A DNA stretch of 57,953 nt, counting the filler, from Basidiobolus meristosporus CBS 931.73 (taxonomy: Eukaryota; Fungi; Basidiobolomycota): assembly GCA_002104905.1 (NCBI GenBank). It is 3 parts of 3 records of this genome, joined end to end, with 100 filler letters (N's around TTAATTAATTAA, not from the genome) between each part and the next. Parts side by side here need not be neighbours in the genome. Positions count along the whole stretch, not along the records: positions 1 to 28,710 come from MCFE01000878.1; 2 more parts are not named here. One strand, written 5' to 3'. How positions within the stretch are numbered: position 1 is the stretch's first letter; each line of letters opens with the position of its first letter. Below the pieces are notes generated by a model that was not told the origin of the DNA, ran no database searches, and worked only from the letters and a program-made list of their open reading frames with translations. The translations under genes were made by a program, and so were the position numbers. Below are positions 1 through 13,560 of the stretch, in pieces.

Positions 1-2
1 TA

Positions 3-659
3 CAGTGGTACCACAACAAGATCAGGTCAGCTACTATGATGGGATGCTCTACAATCTCTACCTGGGATGAGTTTGTGTTGGAAATTCAGGATGCTTTTGA
101 ACCTCCACACCAGCAGACACTGCTAAGAAGGAAGTTAAAGACACTCAGACAGAAAGGAATGGTGCAAGAATACATCTATGAGTACAGATGTCTACTTGGA
201 CAAATTGAAAGAATGGACCCCTTGGATCAAGTTGAATACTTTATTGATGGGTTGAAAGAAAGAACTCGCAAGGAAGTCAATTACCGAAGACCTCAGACTA
301 TTGAAGAAGCCATCAAGATTGCCATTGACTATGACTCAGCTATGTTTGGAGTTAGGAAGCCTACAGTGACTAGTCAGAAAGGCTATAATCATTATGAAAG
401 AAGACAATCAGAAGCAGTACCAATGGAAATAGACGCTATGCAGAAGAATCCCTCCTCAGAAGAATGCAAGAAGAGAGGACTTTGCTTCAATTGCCACCAG
501 CAGGGACATATTGCAAAGTACTGCCCTCAGAGAAGAAATGGACACCAGCCAACAAGAACCTTCAACCATATTGAGTCCCATGAACACAATAATGAGGAAG
601 ATGAGCTTGAAGAAGACTTGGAACTCACCTTCCATATGACAGAAGAGTACTTGTCCTAA
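3..659 (+). CDS. Gag of family A copy 1, open at 5' window edge, ending at TAA 657-659
   Basis: Near-identical to the gag part of ORF 17977-20919; CX2CX4HX4C zinc knuckle. Confidence 0.93.
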   Translation, partial: QWYHNKIRSATMMGCSTISTWDEFVLEIQDAFEPPHQQTLLRRKLKTLRQKGMVQEYIYEYRCLLGQIERMDPLDQVEYFIDGLKERTRKEVNYRRPQTIEEAIKIAIDYDSAMFGVRKPTVTSQKGYNHYERRQSEAVPMEIDAMQKNPSSEECKKRGLCFNCHQQGHIAKYCPQRRNGHQPTRTFNHIESHEHNNEEDELEEDLELTFHMTEEYLS

Positions 660-3600
660 ATGACTTCAAACTCAGGGAAGTTATTGTACTTGAATGGAGT
701 AATCAATGGAGTACCTGCCAAGATCATGATTGACTCAGGAGCATCGCATGAGTACATGTCAGAGCAATTTGCTTTGAAAGCTGGAATCAACTCGGAACCT
801 ACCAAATCAACTTCAGTTTCCACAGCTGATGGGAACTCCCACATAATCAACCGTATTACCCAGCCAGTAAGAATGAAGATCAATGACTATGAAGAAGACC
901 TACAGGCTTATATATTTGGGAACTGCAAGTTTGACCTTGTACTTGGAAAAACCTGGCTATTTTGTCGTAATCCATCAATCAACTGGAGAACCCATGCTAC
1001 TCAGATCCAAAAAGACAACAAGACCTATGAGCTATTACCTGCCAGGCTGGATTTCAACTTGGTCAATTCCAGTGTGTGTGAGACAAGTGAACTTAGCAAG
1101 ACCCAGTTCTGTAGAGCACTTAGAAAAGGTACCGAGATGTTCCTCATGGCGGTATTACAGGAGGATTCCTCTACCCCAGCACCCCAGCAGGTCCAGACTC
1201 TCTTGAAGAAATACTCAGACGTGTTTCCAGATGAGCTTGTAAGCCTACCACCAGTCAGAGACGTGGATCATGCCATTGACACAAGAGATAGCCCTCCAGT
1301 GAGCAAGACACCTTACAGAATGAGTCCATTGGAATTGGAGGAAAAGAAGAAACAAATTGATCAGCTATTGGAGCAAGGATACATCAGGCCCAGCAAGTCA
1401 CCTTGGGGAGCACCAGTGCTTTTTGTGAAAAAGAAGGATGGAACACTTAGGATGTGCATTGACTACAGAGCCCTGAACTCAGTTACCGTCAAGAATAAGT
1501 ACCCCATACCTCGGATTGATGAGCTTTTGGACCAACTTAATGGAGCCACTATTTTCAGCAAGATTGACCTCATGTCAGGATACAACCAGATTAGGGTGAA
1601 ACCAGAAGATATCCCTAAGACAGCATTCAGGACCAGATATGGACATTACGAGTACTTAGTCATGAGTTTTGGCCTCACTAATGCCCCTGCAACATTCATG
1701 ACGCTGATGCAGACTGTCTTTCAGGAGTACTTAGACAAGTTTGTGATAATCTACCTGGATGACATATTGATATACAGCAAGACAGAAAAGGATCACATGG
1801 TGCACATTGAAAAGGTCTTGAAGAAACTAAGAGAGAACAAGCTATACGGCAAGCTAGCCAAGTGTGAATTCTTCAAGGAACACGTAGAATATCTGGGACA
1901 CATAGTGACTAGCACAGGAGTAACCTTAGACCCCAAGAAGGTGGAAGTAATCAAGAATTTGAAGCAGCCCCATAGCATATCAGAACTCAGATCCTTCCTT
2001 GGAATGGTTTCCTATTATTGGAGATTTGTCAAGTCATTTGCAAGTATTGCAGCCCCTTTAACTGATATCCTCAAGAAAGACAATACCTACAAGTGGGACA
2101 TAGCTTGTGAGACTGCCTTCCAGACACTAAAGAATGAACTTGCTAAGCTGCCAAGCTTAAGAATACCAGACTTCAGAAAAGAGTTCACTCTGTGCACAGA
2201 TGCTTCAGATTATGCAATTGGTGGAGTGCTGAGCCAAGAACACGAGGGAAAGGACTACCCTGTTGCCTTTGAATCCAAGAAACTGAACTCAGCAGAACAA
2301 AACTATCCAGTTCATGAGAAGGAGATGCTTGCTATAATACACTGTTTGAAGACATGGAGATGCTATATTGAAGGAGTCAAATGCACTGTGAAGACTGATC
2401 ATGCCTCCCTCAAGTATATATTTACTCAGAAGGTACTCTCTAGAAGAATGACAAGATGGAGTGAATACATTCAGCAATTTGACCTGGAGATTGTCTACTG
2501 TCCTGGAAAAAACAACACGGTTGCTGATGCCTTATCAAGATTAGATCAAGTTGCACAACTCAACTTGGTGCATGAATCAGATTGGCCTAGCCTATTACCA
2601 AAGTACTTGGAGGACCAAGCCATTCCTAATGAGGTGGATGAAGATATCAAGAAGATAATCCGTAATGAGGCCAGCAAATTTGTTGTACAGAATGAAACAC
2701 TCTACCAAATTGTTGATGGAAGCCCTATTGCCTATTGTCCTTATGTTGCTCGCCTGGATTTAATACATAAGCTACACAATGGATATGGACATCTTGGGAT
2801 TGAAGGAACCTATAGCCTTGTAAAAGCCAGAGCATGGTGGCCCAGAATGAAACAAGACATTGAGAAGCTAGTAAAAACATGCCCAAACTGCCAAATCAAT
2901 CAAGGCCAGCCACAAAGAATTGCCGAACTCTTCCCTTTGGAGCCTGTAAGACCATTTGAGAGATGGGGAATTGACTTTATTGGAAGACTGCCAACTACCA
3001 GGAAATGCAACCGTTGGATCCTAGTAGCAATTGACCATGCCACTAAATGGCCAGTTGCTAAAGCTGTACCAATAGCCAGTGAACAAGAAGTTGCAAGTTT
3101 CATTTACCATGAGATCCTGATGAAGTTTGGATGCCCTGTGGAGATCTTATCCGATAGAGGTGCAAACTTTATGGCAAAGACATTAGAGGCTTACCTGGAA
3201 ATGCAGCAGATCAGACACTTGAAAACCTTGGCATATCACCCCAGAACTAATGGAGTCACTGAGCGGTTTAATGGATTATTTGGAAAAATGCTGACCAAGT
3301 ATGCAAATGGAGTTGTCAGTAGATGGGATGAGTATATAGACCAAGCACTCTTTGCATGCAGAGTCAGAGTACACAACACCACCCAGCAATCACCATTTTA
3401 CTTAGTTTATGGATGTGAACCAAGGATTCCAGGAGATCTCACACAACCAAAGCTTACAGACACCTTAGAAGATGAACTCAGTCAGCCAAGTAGACACCAG
3501 CAACTGGAACAAAGACGTCAAGAGGCACAGACCAAAGTATCTCAAAGTGCAGAAAAGATGAAGCAGAGATTTGATAAGACTATAGCACCAGAAGCATTGA

Positions 3601-3848
3601 CAGTTGGGAACTTTGTATTGCTAAGAAACAACACTCGGAAGAAGTTTGAGCCACAATGGACAGGACCATTCAAGATCATCAGAGAATGTCCATTTGCAAC
3701 TTACCAACTGGTGGACAAACAAGGCAATATCCGGGAAGACTTAGTGCATAGGGACAGACTCAAGCTTGCAAGACTTGCTGATAATACTGAACCATCAAGA
3801 TATTGGTATCACAAGAAAAGAGATTCAGGAGAACCCTCTCAACTTTAG
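660..3848 (+). CDS. Pol polyprotein (protease, RT, RNase H, integrase) of family A copy 1, uninterrupted
   Basis: IDSGAS protease motif, YLDD RT motif, TDASDYAIG RNase H, HHCC zinc finger (HNGYGHLG...CPNC), WGIDF/SDRG/TERFN DDE core, GPF motif; no chromodomain visible. Confidence 0.97.
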   Translation: MTSNSGKLLYLNGVINGVPAKIMIDSGASHEYMSEQFALKAGINSEPTKSTSVSTADGNSHIINRITQPVRMKINDYEEDLQAYIFGNCKFDLVLGKTWLFCRNPSINWRTHATQIQKDNKTYELLPARLDFNLVNSSVCETSELSKTQFCRALRKGTEMFLMAVLQEDSSTPAPQQVQTLLKKYSDVFPDELVSLPPVRDVDHAIDTRDSPPVSKTPYRMSPLELEEKKKQIDQLLEQGYIRPSKSPWGAPVLFVKKKDGTLRMCIDYRALNSVTVKNKYPIPRIDELLDQLNGATIFSKIDLMSGYNQIRVKPEDIPKTAFRTRYGHYEYLVMSFGLTNAPATFMTLMQTVFQEYLDKFVIIYLDDILIYSKTEKDHMVHIEKVLKKLRENKLYGKLAKCEFFKEHVEYLGHIVTSTGVTLDPKKVEVIKNLKQPHSISELRSFLGMVSYYWRFVKSFASIAAPLTDILKKDNTYKWDIACETAFQTLKNELAKLPSLRIPDFRKEFTLCTDASDYAIGGVLSQEHEGKDYPVAFESKKLNSAEQNYPVHEKEMLAIIHCLKTWRCYIEGVKCTVKTDHASLKYIFTQKVLSRRMTRWSEYIQQFDLEIVYCPGKNNTVADALSRLDQVAQLNLVHESDWPSLLPKYLEDQAIPNEVDEDIKKIIRNEASKFVVQNETLYQIVDGSPIAYCPYVARLDLIHKLHNGYGHLGIEGTYSLVKARAWWPRMKQDIEKLVKTCPNCQINQGQPQRIAELFPLEPVRPFERWGIDFIGRLPTTRKCNRWILVAIDHATKWPVAKAVPIASEQEVASFIYHEILMKFGCPVEILSDRGANFMAKTLEAYLEMQQIRHLKTLAYHPRTNGVTERFNGLFGKMLTKYANGVVSRWDEYIDQALFACRVRVHNTTQQSPFYLVYGCEPRIPGDLTQPKLTDTLEDELSQPSRHQQLEQRRQEAQTKVSQSAEKMKQRFDKTIAPEALTVGNFVLLRNNTRKKFEPQWTGPFKIIRECPFATYQLVDKQGNIREDLVHRDRLKLARLADNTEPSRYWYHKKRDSGEPSQL

Positions 3849-3849
3849 T

Positions 3850-3858
3850 AGGGGAGAA
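3850..3858 (+). promoter_or_regulatory. Polypurine tract of family A copy 1
   Basis: AGGGGAGAA directly before LTR start TGTTATG. Confidence 0.85.
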
Positions 3859-4226
3859 TGTTATGATCTGCCGCTTGAATGTTTAAGTTAGATCAGTTTT
3901 TAGTCAAATCAATTAGTATATGTTTAGGTTATCAGTATATCAGTATTATCTATGAAATCAGTAGCATTAGTCAGCAAATGAATCAGCAGATCCTTATCAG
4001 ACAGAAATAGATATATTGAGTAGGATCTTATTGGGTGATGATGATGCAATCAAATGAGTCATCAGCCACAACCTACTTTAGGAAATACAATTAGTCAGCA
4101 ATTGATCTGGCAAAATGTATATAAGGAGCTGCTGGAACCTCAATAAAAATCAGTTCAAGTTTTAGTGAATACAATACTAGCTAAACTCCCTATTCCTCTA
4201 CAACTCTTATACCAAGACTTGTAACA
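3859..4226 (+). repeat. 3' LTR of family A copy 1 (368 bp)
   Basis: TGTTATGA...TGTAACA termini, TATATAA at 4118-4124, AATAAA at 4142-4147, about 4 differences from the LTR at 17550-17917. Confidence 0.97.
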
Positions 4227-5785
4227 CATGCACTGAAAGCAGGTAGCTGTCCAGGTTGGATGGTGACTTAGGCCCAGATACAAGTGGGACTACCATCAGA
4301 TTTCTGTTTTGATTCCAAACAATAAGCAGGAGGTCTAGGTTGGTGAGAATCACTGGCCTGCAGGATTTTTTAGTAGTGTACTTGTTTAATGAGAATTCAT
4401 GAGGTGCCAAGGCAAAGGTATGGTCTTATATACCTTCAAAATAGCCCTTGCTTCTTATCATTTTCATATTTGCCATCAAATATAGGAGAAATGTTTGTGC
4501 TTGATTGATACTGAGTGCAGTGCCTTGTAGCTTCCCAATATTTTTTGAGCTGCTTGAGCTTCTTTAGATGGGGCATTAATAGAGTATATCTGCAGTGTGA
4601 GCAGCATTTTCCTCCTAGGATGGTGGATTCCTGACAAGTTAGACACCTTGCAATGGAGGCATTTTTGGATGCAAATGCCATTTACCTGTCAACATACACT
4701 GGCATAAGAACCGTCTCTGGGCTATATGATGCCAGCCACATGATGGTTGTCCATATGTACTGTGTACTTGCTAAGTTGTATCCTGGAAGGATTTTAGCAA
4801 GAAGTAGTAGTAAATCCTCTAAGCCCCCACTACTGATAAATGAGTAAATATGCCACTTCACTAGCCACAACAGTGGATCATTCACCACTAGATGGATTTC
4901 TGGGCTCACTTAGCTCTGTTAAGTATCTTGAGCATTGTTTTTATGGGTATTGTTTAAATACATACTGGGATTTTGCTAGGCTTATGCAAGGGACAGCTTC
5001 CTCAAGTGCTTGTCACAAGCATATCTGAAATCTCCAAAAAAGTGGCATAGTACCATCTTATAGCTGCCAGTAAAGGACAAGAGGGCAAAAACAAATGGAG
5101 CAGTGCAGCATTTATCTTGGATAAGATCTAGTCCAGTACAAGAAGCAATTAATTGCATTAGCAGTACAAGATTTGACAGTATTAAAATCATGGGGCCTCC
5201 TATGCAGTCTGTTACAAGCAGTGCTGAAAGCTCCAGGCATGCAGTGAAGAAATGTCAGGTTGCCATGAGAGTGCCAGGAAGCAGGCAAAAGTGGATGAAC
5301 CAGTGCAGGATCCATATTGGAAGGCAGAAGGTACAATACAAGAAGTACTTGGTCAATGTAGCAGGGAGAGACTTGGTAGAAATACTTATTAAATGGTGGA
5401 ATTTGATGGAATTACTTGCTGAGTGTAGGGCTAGGCTTATTGTTAGTGCTGGGTAAAGGGACTTGTATAGGTCAATATAATTGGAAATTGAGGTATTACT
5501 GAAGTTTCAACAGAAATAGATTGATATGTTTGCACAAGAAGTAAGAGAGTTGGTTGTATCAAGAAGCATGCAATGTGAAAAAGAGGCAATAGCCAATCAA
5601 TGTGTACAAATGTATGTGGTGATAGAGTGTCTGGAATCAGAAAGTGAGAGAATTGGCAGAGAACAAATTAAAAGTTGACCAAGTTTTTGGTGAAATCTGG
5701 GGTGGATTACTTTGTGACAGTCTTTGCACAATGTCCTGACAGGATCAATGCCTCTTGGTCATGCAACTAAAATATTGTGACAACC
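4227..5785. mobile_element. Internally deleted En/Spm (CACTA, Tnp2-like) remnant T1, interrupted on the left by the family A LTR; transposase remnant on minus (about 4227-4990), ORF2 remnant on plus
   Basis: Minus-strand SCRPVILTNLDL...VSGPKSPSNLDSYL resembles the Tnp2 (PF02992) GPKxP-xLDSYL motif; 4990-5785 aligns by eye with 12500-13945. Confidence 0.75.
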
Positions 5786-5789
5786 TTTT

Positions 5790-6795
5790 GACAGCATGAT
5801 TACTTATTATTTCTCAGAGGGTACAGCCAATATTAATCTGATGGAGTTGAGCTTGGCTACTAGTGCAAGGGTCAGAGCATATTCAAGTTCATCTGTTTGA
5901 GAGTATTATTTGGACAAAAGTCTTGCTTTTAGTCTTTCAACTGTACCACCAGCCTTGTACTTTGTTTTAAAGTCCCATTTATATACAGTTGACTTTTGAT
6001 TGACTTGTACTATTACTCAGTCTCAAAGTTTGATTTTCCATCAGGAACTGATACTCCTCAGTCATTGAAGATCTCCAAATCTTTGTCTAAGGGCTATTTG
6101 CGACCCATTTTGCAGTCTGGGGCTCATCAATACATAGTGAATAGGCATAGACTAAATTTGTACCTTCATTGATAGAGTAATCTGAGCCATTTCTGGTCTA
6201 GTTGGATCTCCTGGCTTGTGGTACCAAAATACTCACTTCTAGGATATACCTGGGCACTGATTCAGGCTAAACCACAGTTGTAGAGTCTTCTGGAGTAAAA
6301 AATCTTTCACTGTTGTGCTCTGACTCAATTTTAACTACTGGCAAACATGAGATCTGATTTTTGTCATCATCCTGTGGCTTGATTAGTGAGAATGCTTATT
6401 TTTTGACAACACATCCCTGGACTTGATGAGCTTCTTTATTATGGTAATGTAGATCTGCCATGCTCACCATCATTGCAGTAGCTCAAAATATTCACTTTAG
6501 ACTTTATGGCTCAAGTTTCAACTAATTGCCAGGCAGTTTCTTGGCACATGATATACATTCAATTAATCTCAGATGTTCTGCACTTGGTTTGTATCTATAC
6601 CATGCCTCAAACAAGGTAGAATTACACAGTATTCTTTAACAACTTCCATTCCTAAGGTGTACAGCTGTGGCAACAACTTCCGCAAGATATAATGTAATGA
6701 TTCTTGATCATCCATCACAGATCTTGCCATCTTGAATAATGATCTGATTACCTGTCTGGCTACTCCATTTTTGTGTGGGGAGTATGGCACAGTAG
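5790..6795 (-). pseudogene. Decayed Ty1/Copia integrase C-terminus and RT N-terminus
   Basis: PYSPHKNGVA (integrase PQQNGVAE-like) at 6569-6790; near 5880-5990 the minus strand reads KWDFKTKYKAGGTVERLKARL, the RVT_2 N-terminal motif; similar to 48372-48800. Confidence 0.8.
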
Positions 6796-6965
6796 TCTCT
6801 TAACTTGGCACCTGTACTCCTGAGGCTCTCTTAATAATGACCAAGTATTTATGTAGTTCTGCAGCAGGTATAAAACTGTATTGCAACTCAATAAATCAAC
6901 ATGTGAGTATCATGTAAATCTTTTAGATCTCTGTATCAATTTCTGCATATCTCTGTAATATTTCA
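6796..6965. repeat. Dispersed repeat fragment, homologous to about 23120-23290
   Basis: Shared AACTTGGCAC-TGTACTCCTGAG...TAATAATGACCAA...GTAGTTCTGCA...TTGCAACTCAATAAA...CATGTAAATC. Confidence 0.7.
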
Positions 6966-9399
6966 ACATATTTACCATGGAATATACAAATGGCAAAAGG
7001 TAGCAAAAGGAAATACTAGTTGGTAAATTGCTAAGGTAGCATTAAACAGTACTGCCTGTCACCTGCTGTACTGTTGCTGGAATGTCAACATATGTCATAT
7101 CAGTGCTGTCAAACTCCATCAAGTTTTTTCCATATAGAGCTTTTAAAAATACTCTCTGGTTGGGTCAGTGCAAATAAGCTTAGACCACAATAAGACTGCT
7201 AGAGTGCCATCAAAATTCTATTGTAGAACTGCCTAAACACTATTAAATTCCCTTAACTATATAGCAGAAAAATCAGCATAACACTTTTACAATCTCATCA
7301 TGACATTGTCAAGAAGGTCAGTGATTTCAGGAAGCCAGCATTGCAGCAGCCTTATTGCATAATTTTGATGGCTGATCCAGATTGTATCCACCTGCAAGAC
7401 AAGTATATTTTATAGGGTTAATAAGTGATCACCTTGTGTAGATAGACAAAAATGGGCCATAGTACTGAGTAAGTCATTTTAAGGCTGGTAAATGATTCAG
7501 TGTAAAGCACATTAAGTTTATTTGATTCTACAAATTGCATGATTAACATTCCATATATTTTCATGTATCCCATTATTATTTTGCAAAAACCATTCTGAAA
7601 CAATGATTTTGTCATATTAATGACAAATTACCCACCAGTCTGTAATTGAATAAGAGATCTGTCAGCAATGTGACCTGATCCATTACATTGTAATCCTAGA
7701 CACATCCTGTATAACATAAAGCAAAGTCAACAGCCACATTGGTTTCATATTGATTTCTTACTTAACCAGGTAAATGCTAATATACTGCTGTTCAAGCCTC
7801 AAATCTATCACTATGGGCCCAATACCCCATCCTAGCTCATATTTGTCAAAACACAGAAATATCAACCCCCAGCTCACCAATGAAGTTGGGACCCAAGAGC
7901 TGCTTAAGTTCTAGTTAAACAGGTTTAGCATGGTCAGTGAGTATGACAAGCCTGCATACATACATTTGGGCACCACAAGATGAAAGGCCTTAAATAGTAG
8001 GAAGCTATGTCATAAGTCTCAAGATTCAGATGCATGCATATGTATGTAAAAAGATTTACAATAGCTTGTTCCATTGTACCATGCTAGGGCATGTAGCTCA
8101 ATCCTTGGTAGTGAGAGCAATCAGACACAATGCTGTAGCTACCAGTAGACAGGGTTGCTCTTGGACAATCTTGCACACTATGCCACAATCTGACACCATG
8201 AAGTTGGCCTGGATGATTGCACAAAACTATAACTTTTCAGTCATGCACATAGTCAGATACCACTATTAATTCAGGTAAAATCTGGTATTTTGATATTTTT
8301 ATCTAATATAAAGTAAATAAACAAGTATCAAGCTCAAAACTATACTGACATTTGCCTTTCTGCTTATCATTGCTTATAGTAAGGCACAACAGTATGTGCA
8401 GAAACAACTTGATGCACTGGCATGACCCTTGGCTGAGCTCAATGTGATGCCACTTGTTGACGCAACCTGGCCTGCTCTAATGGAATTGTATCTAATTGAG
8501 CAATTTGACAAGCTCTAGTAGTTATACTCTGAACTGTGCACACTAACATGACATGGGTCAACCTGGTGTATGGCACTATTGTAAAGGGTGTTGGCTTGGA
8601 CTGGAGTGACATGCACCAGCATGCTGGCATTACAGGGGATGGTGAGGAATCCAACAAGGCGTTCTGGTACAACCTGGACACAGTTGCTACAGTCTGTATA
8701 CCTTCTCTTGAAGCTCACATTCTTATTCCACATGGTATTCACTTACCCTCTGTCTAATTTTTTGGAAATATTCACTTAAGGATTCCTGTGTTTATTGCTC
8801 TTAGAAGCCACTCAACTCTGATAATATATCACATGAGAAACTAGTCAATTGAGGCAAAAGCTTGTTCTAAGTCTCCTGTTGCAATTTAGGAAGTGATTAG
8901 GTTACAAGGAGCTTATCAAGTAATAGTGACAATAGTTGACTGTTATTTATATGTAAAGGGGATCAGTATTCATACCTTTGTAGAAGTAATACAGTTGTGA
9001 CACTAAGTAAGGAAGGTTTTGTATCATTTAGGAGCATTCTGTAACTGTTTCATAGTTAGTACATAATGTGTGGTAAAAAGTGTTCATTTTATCTTGGCTA
9101 TAAGGAAAAAATCATAGGATCTTAGATCCAAAGAAACTGGCAAAGTGGGGGTCTCATACTAGTCCTACATGAATAAGATTACTCTAGAATTGTTAAGTAA
9201 ACTTTCAGCTGCTGGATGATGCCAAACAGTCCAGCATTTCAACTTCTCCTTAGTTCCCAAATTTGTGGCATGTACAGACACTTCTGGTCTGTACTGCATA
9301 AACTCCCTTTACTCTCAGCTCATTCTAGATTTTGATACACCTATGAAATAAAACTTGCTCCTGCAGGTCAATCCAATCCAGATTAGCTATCAAGATCTT

Positions 9400-11950
9400 A
9401 TCAGGATACTGCTATAATACCAGCAGCTTGGAATTGATAACCATTCACACAGTCTTAGGATGGGATCACAATGGTGCTTGGCTAATTTACGGCCAAATAA
9501 AGTTAAGACATAACAGCGTTTGTGCAGTGTTTTGCCAAGTATGGGATGCATTGGCATGGTCTTAGCACTCTACAACTATTTGAGTGGATCTAGCCAGCTA
9601 GTACATATGATTGCATTATATGGCAAATAACTTAACAGTGATTTGATGGCCTCTTGTCAAGTCTCTAGTGGCATTATCACAGCAGTATGGTGGCCTATAG
9701 CTAGTTCTCTATAATGCTACTGTACTATATTACCAAATGGTATCTCCTTTTTCTACCACCCCTTGCCAAATTGATATGTTCCACTGTAAAGTAACCCCTG
9801 TTTTTTTGCTTACCTACCACCACCTTAGGTATTCCATTTAAAGTCTGAATCAAAAAATACTCTAGACTCCTGCTTTGCTAACCTTTACCTATGTGCACAC
9901 CTGCCACAATTGACATACATCTTCAACAGCCGTCCTCCATATGTCAACTCATCACAGCAGTGACAGACTAGAAGGTAATATTCTTGATGAGTTTAGGATA
10001 TGGTAGTATCTGCAACTTAATTTTTCTTGCTATCTTCCCACACATCCACTCCATAGGAAACTCCCAAAAGGTGAAGCATGGTGAAATATTCTCAGTACAC
10101 CAAGCAAGATTTAGTAGCAAATGGGTACAGTAGTAGCAGGGATCTATGTGTTCAGCTTTATGTTTGTAGTGCAGCCACTCAAGTCCTGTTACAAATTCTT
10201 TGCACAAAGGCTGTGGATGGGTCAAGTTGGCTTTGGTGATCTGCTTTTGGATAAATATTCCTCCAAAGTCCAAATATGACTCCCAGTGCTTCCAATATAC
10301 TCTGGTAGAAATGGCATCACAAGGCCACTTGGATAAATACATATCCAGCTCATCCAGTCCTTTCACTTATGTTGTTAAAGATGTGTATGAATGCTGATTG
10401 AAGCCTGTGAGAAGTACTTTAGGTAACAGATACACTGTAATATCTTGCTAATTCTTTCAATTTCTGCAGCATCTTAAAGGTTCAGTTAGCTCAAGGTGCC
10501 TCCTGTACAACTTGGTCATCAATAAAGGGATATTGTTGAAAAGAAGTGTGTTGCTCCCAGTGGACAGCTTTTGCTCTAACAGAAACCCTCTATCTTAAGT
10601 ATTGCAGGTCTCTAATTGATTCCATATTCTTTCCCAGAAGGCAAACACAACTCTTCCAGCAATGAATACAGGTAGCTATCCAGGTTGGACAGTGATTTAG
10701 GCCCATATACCAGTGAACTACCATCAGATTTCTGCTCTGATACCATAAGATAGGTGGCTAATTCAGGACAATGAGCATCACTGGTCAGCAGGATTTGCGG
10801 GTAGAGTATACATTAAGTCAGAAGCCACCAAGTGCCAAGGCAAAGGCATGTTTGTACACACCTTCAAAAAAGCCCTTGTTTGTTGGTTGTTTGCAGTGTT
10901 TGTTGTCAGATATATTGGATATATTTATGTTTGATTGATACTGAATGCAGTACTTTATAGCTTTACAACATTAGTAGGAGTGCATCAGCTTCTTTAGACA
11001 AGGCAATATCAGAAAAGATCTGCAGTGTGAAATGTTTTCCCCCAATGGTGGTTGATTCCTGGCAAGTTGGGCACCATGCAATGGAGATATTGACTGATGT
11101 GAATACCATGCAACTATTAGCACATGATGGTATCACAAGCATCTCTGGGTCATATGTTGCCAACCACATTACAGTTGTCCTTTTATACCATGTACATGGT
11201 AAGTGGCATCCTAGAATGATTTTGGAAAGAGTAGTAGTAAATCCTCCCAGCCCCTCTTACTAAGATTAGTGGAAATGTGCCCTTTCTCTAGCCAGAACAT
11301 CTCATCATTCACCAGTAGATTGATTACTGGGTCCTCCTGTCTCCCAAAAGTATCCTTGGCATTTTTTTCTATGGGTGTTGTCTAATTGCATAATGGATTT
11401 GGCCAGGCTTATGCTGTGCACTGTTGTTAGGGAAGAAAGGCTCACCATCCATTGGTGAGCCTACCTCTTCAGAGCTATCACTGTGTATGCCATATTCAGA
11501 AGGCTGGGGTAGGCCTAAAGGTGTCACAAACTCACTTTACTCAGTTTGTGCAAGGTGACAAGTATGGCTAGGTGTTGTTATAATAGTATCAAGTGACTGG
11601 TAAGATATTGTTGTATAGCAGTGACCAGGCAATGGTCAAATATGACTTGTGTGGCAAAGCACTAGCTGTGATTCTTGTAATACTTCCTATGCTGTCTGCG
11701 TGCATCATAGCTGGGCAGCTTGCTACAATAGCCATATGGTCTTTTTTCTCTCCTCTTATGAAGTTGAATCAGAGGAGTCTTGTCCATGGTGCAGACAGTT
11801 TGACACTCAATCCAATGGTATTATATTACTTTTTTGTCATCACTCATGAGATTTTAAGATGGTGTGTATTTCAACATTGCACCTATATGAATGTAAAATT
11901 CAACGATGACCTCCCATAGTGAGCATTATTATTGAAGTTGTGGCATTACA
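9400..11950 (-). pseudogene. Tnp2-family (En/Spm) transposase, many stops
   Basis: THLLLNLA...SPCFTFWEFPMEWMCGKI...PYPKL (H-x-L-x-H...GP...W-x-F-x-MER-x-CG motif); WLATYDPEM...SCANSC; GPKSLSNLDSY-like at about 10675-10710. Confidence 0.8.
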
Positions 11951-12071
11951 TTTACACATATAAGTCACACTAATACCCCTTTGGTTTGACTCATTTTGAT
12001 ACATATGCCACTTATGAATATAGCAAAGATATCTGGTCCCAACTAAGCCACACTGTTGACAGCAACAGAGA

Positions 12072-13560
12072 ATGGCTAGATAGCAGCTTGCTTTGACATT
12101 TGATGCAGCAGGCAGGGCTAAAACCAAAAAAGACCCTGTGCACAGTGTGCACACTGAAGGTATTAATGCAAACTCCTCAGGCGCTCAGTCAAGTAGGCAA
12201 TCAGAAATATCTGTAGAGCTGCAAGCTGACCATAATGCTGATGCAGGTGAGGATGTAGAAAAAGCAGGACCTTCACCTGATGACCAGCAAGTGGCCATCA
12301 TAGCATTCATGAGACAATTACATGCAGTGGCTGGCACAATAGGTGTAATAGCTCAGAAAAATTGGGGAATAGTACAGAAATACAATGAGAGGATAAAAAG
12401 TATAGAGTCATCTATACCCCCATAGAGAAAGCTGTATACTAAGAAAGTATCTCAAGAGTAGCAGAAGCTATCAAAGGCAGAAGAACAAGGGTTCAATGGC
12501 CAAAAACCAGTAGCTTCCTCAAGAGCCCATCAACAGCAAGACCAAGAGCTCCACACAAGTGCCAAAGAGACATCAGATAGCTGGAAGAGTGCCAACAAGG
12601 AAAAAGCAGGCAGGCACAGATGCACCAGTGCAACACTTACCAGGGAAAAAGTGGAGTTCTATTCAAGAAGCACTCAGTCAAAGTAGAAGTGATGAACTTG
12701 GCAACAGTTAAAAAGCAGCTATCTCAGGAGCCCATGATAGTTTAGGCCAAGAGCTCAAAACTAGTGGAAAAGAAGCATCAGGGTGACTGCAGAGTGCTAG
12801 CAAGGGACATGCAGGCCAAAATAGATGCATCAGAGCAGCATTCATCAAGAAGAAAAATAGCTCTTTGCAAGAAGCACTCAGACACAGCAGCAGTAACAGA
12901 CCTGGCAGTAATAAAGGAAAAGGTAAAGGGAAAAGGTTTACCCAGGCCAGAGACAGGAAAGCCTGAGAAAAAAGCTGCAATTCTTGCCCATTAAAGCCAT
13001 GAACCTGCAACAGACTGAATATCATTATAAACAAGAAGAAATACAGACTGAATCCCACTATAGCCTAGAAGAATTACTAGCAAGCAAACAGCTATTTCAC
13101 CAGAGTTGGAAGCGGAGCCAGTTGAGCTACACTCTGGTGATTTTGATGAGTGTGCAGAGAAAGGAAGTCTGTCAGCCTCAGCCTCCACATCCTCCATGTC
13201 CTCCATTATTGACAGGGTGGAGATCCCACTGACAGACAAAGCTTCAGTGTCAATAACTCAAAAGGCTATCACAATGCCTAAAGTGGATTTTGAAACATTA
13301 ATAGGCATACCAAGAGGCTGGTGCACTTCCTCAAGAGCGGTGCTCAAGAGAACATGCTTGAATATTACCAGGATTTAATGCAAAGACTGACCAATGAGGT
13401 GCTAGACCTTGCAGTGCTGACTGAAGACCAGGACATATGGGAATCAGTAAATTAACAATGGTTTAGAGCTGCAGGGTTCTTGGAAAAGTCATGCAAACCA
13501 AGCATCATAGCAGAAATACTTATCAAGTGGTGGATTTTAATAAAGTTACTTGTTGAGTGA
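12072..13560 (+). pseudogene. ORF2 of the CACTA-like element, function unknown, charged and low-complexity
   Basis: ATG at 12072 is in frame with ORF 12093-12425 across one TAG; fragments 12764-12994 and 13106-13378; the C-terminal part (LDLAV-x-x-EDQD-x-WE-x-VN) recurs at 25496-25744 and about 45780-45950. Confidence 0.55.

Larger units (their letters stand above)
1..4226 (+). mobile_element. Ty3/Gypsy LTR retrotransposon family A, copy 1 (5' end outside window)
   Basis: gag with CCHC knuckle ([14 protein letters not shown]), then PR-RT-RH-IN order, PPT and a TG...CA 368-bp LTR matching LTRs at 17550, 22124, 26187 and 28825. Confidence 0.97.

Noticed and set aside
656-3103. Short overlapping or antisense ORFs repeated in each family A copy (e.g. 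656-883, 883-1206, 1793-1978, 2289-2477, 2900-3103) as conserved accessory genes
   Set aside because: They recur only because the copies are nearly identical; shadow frames of pol
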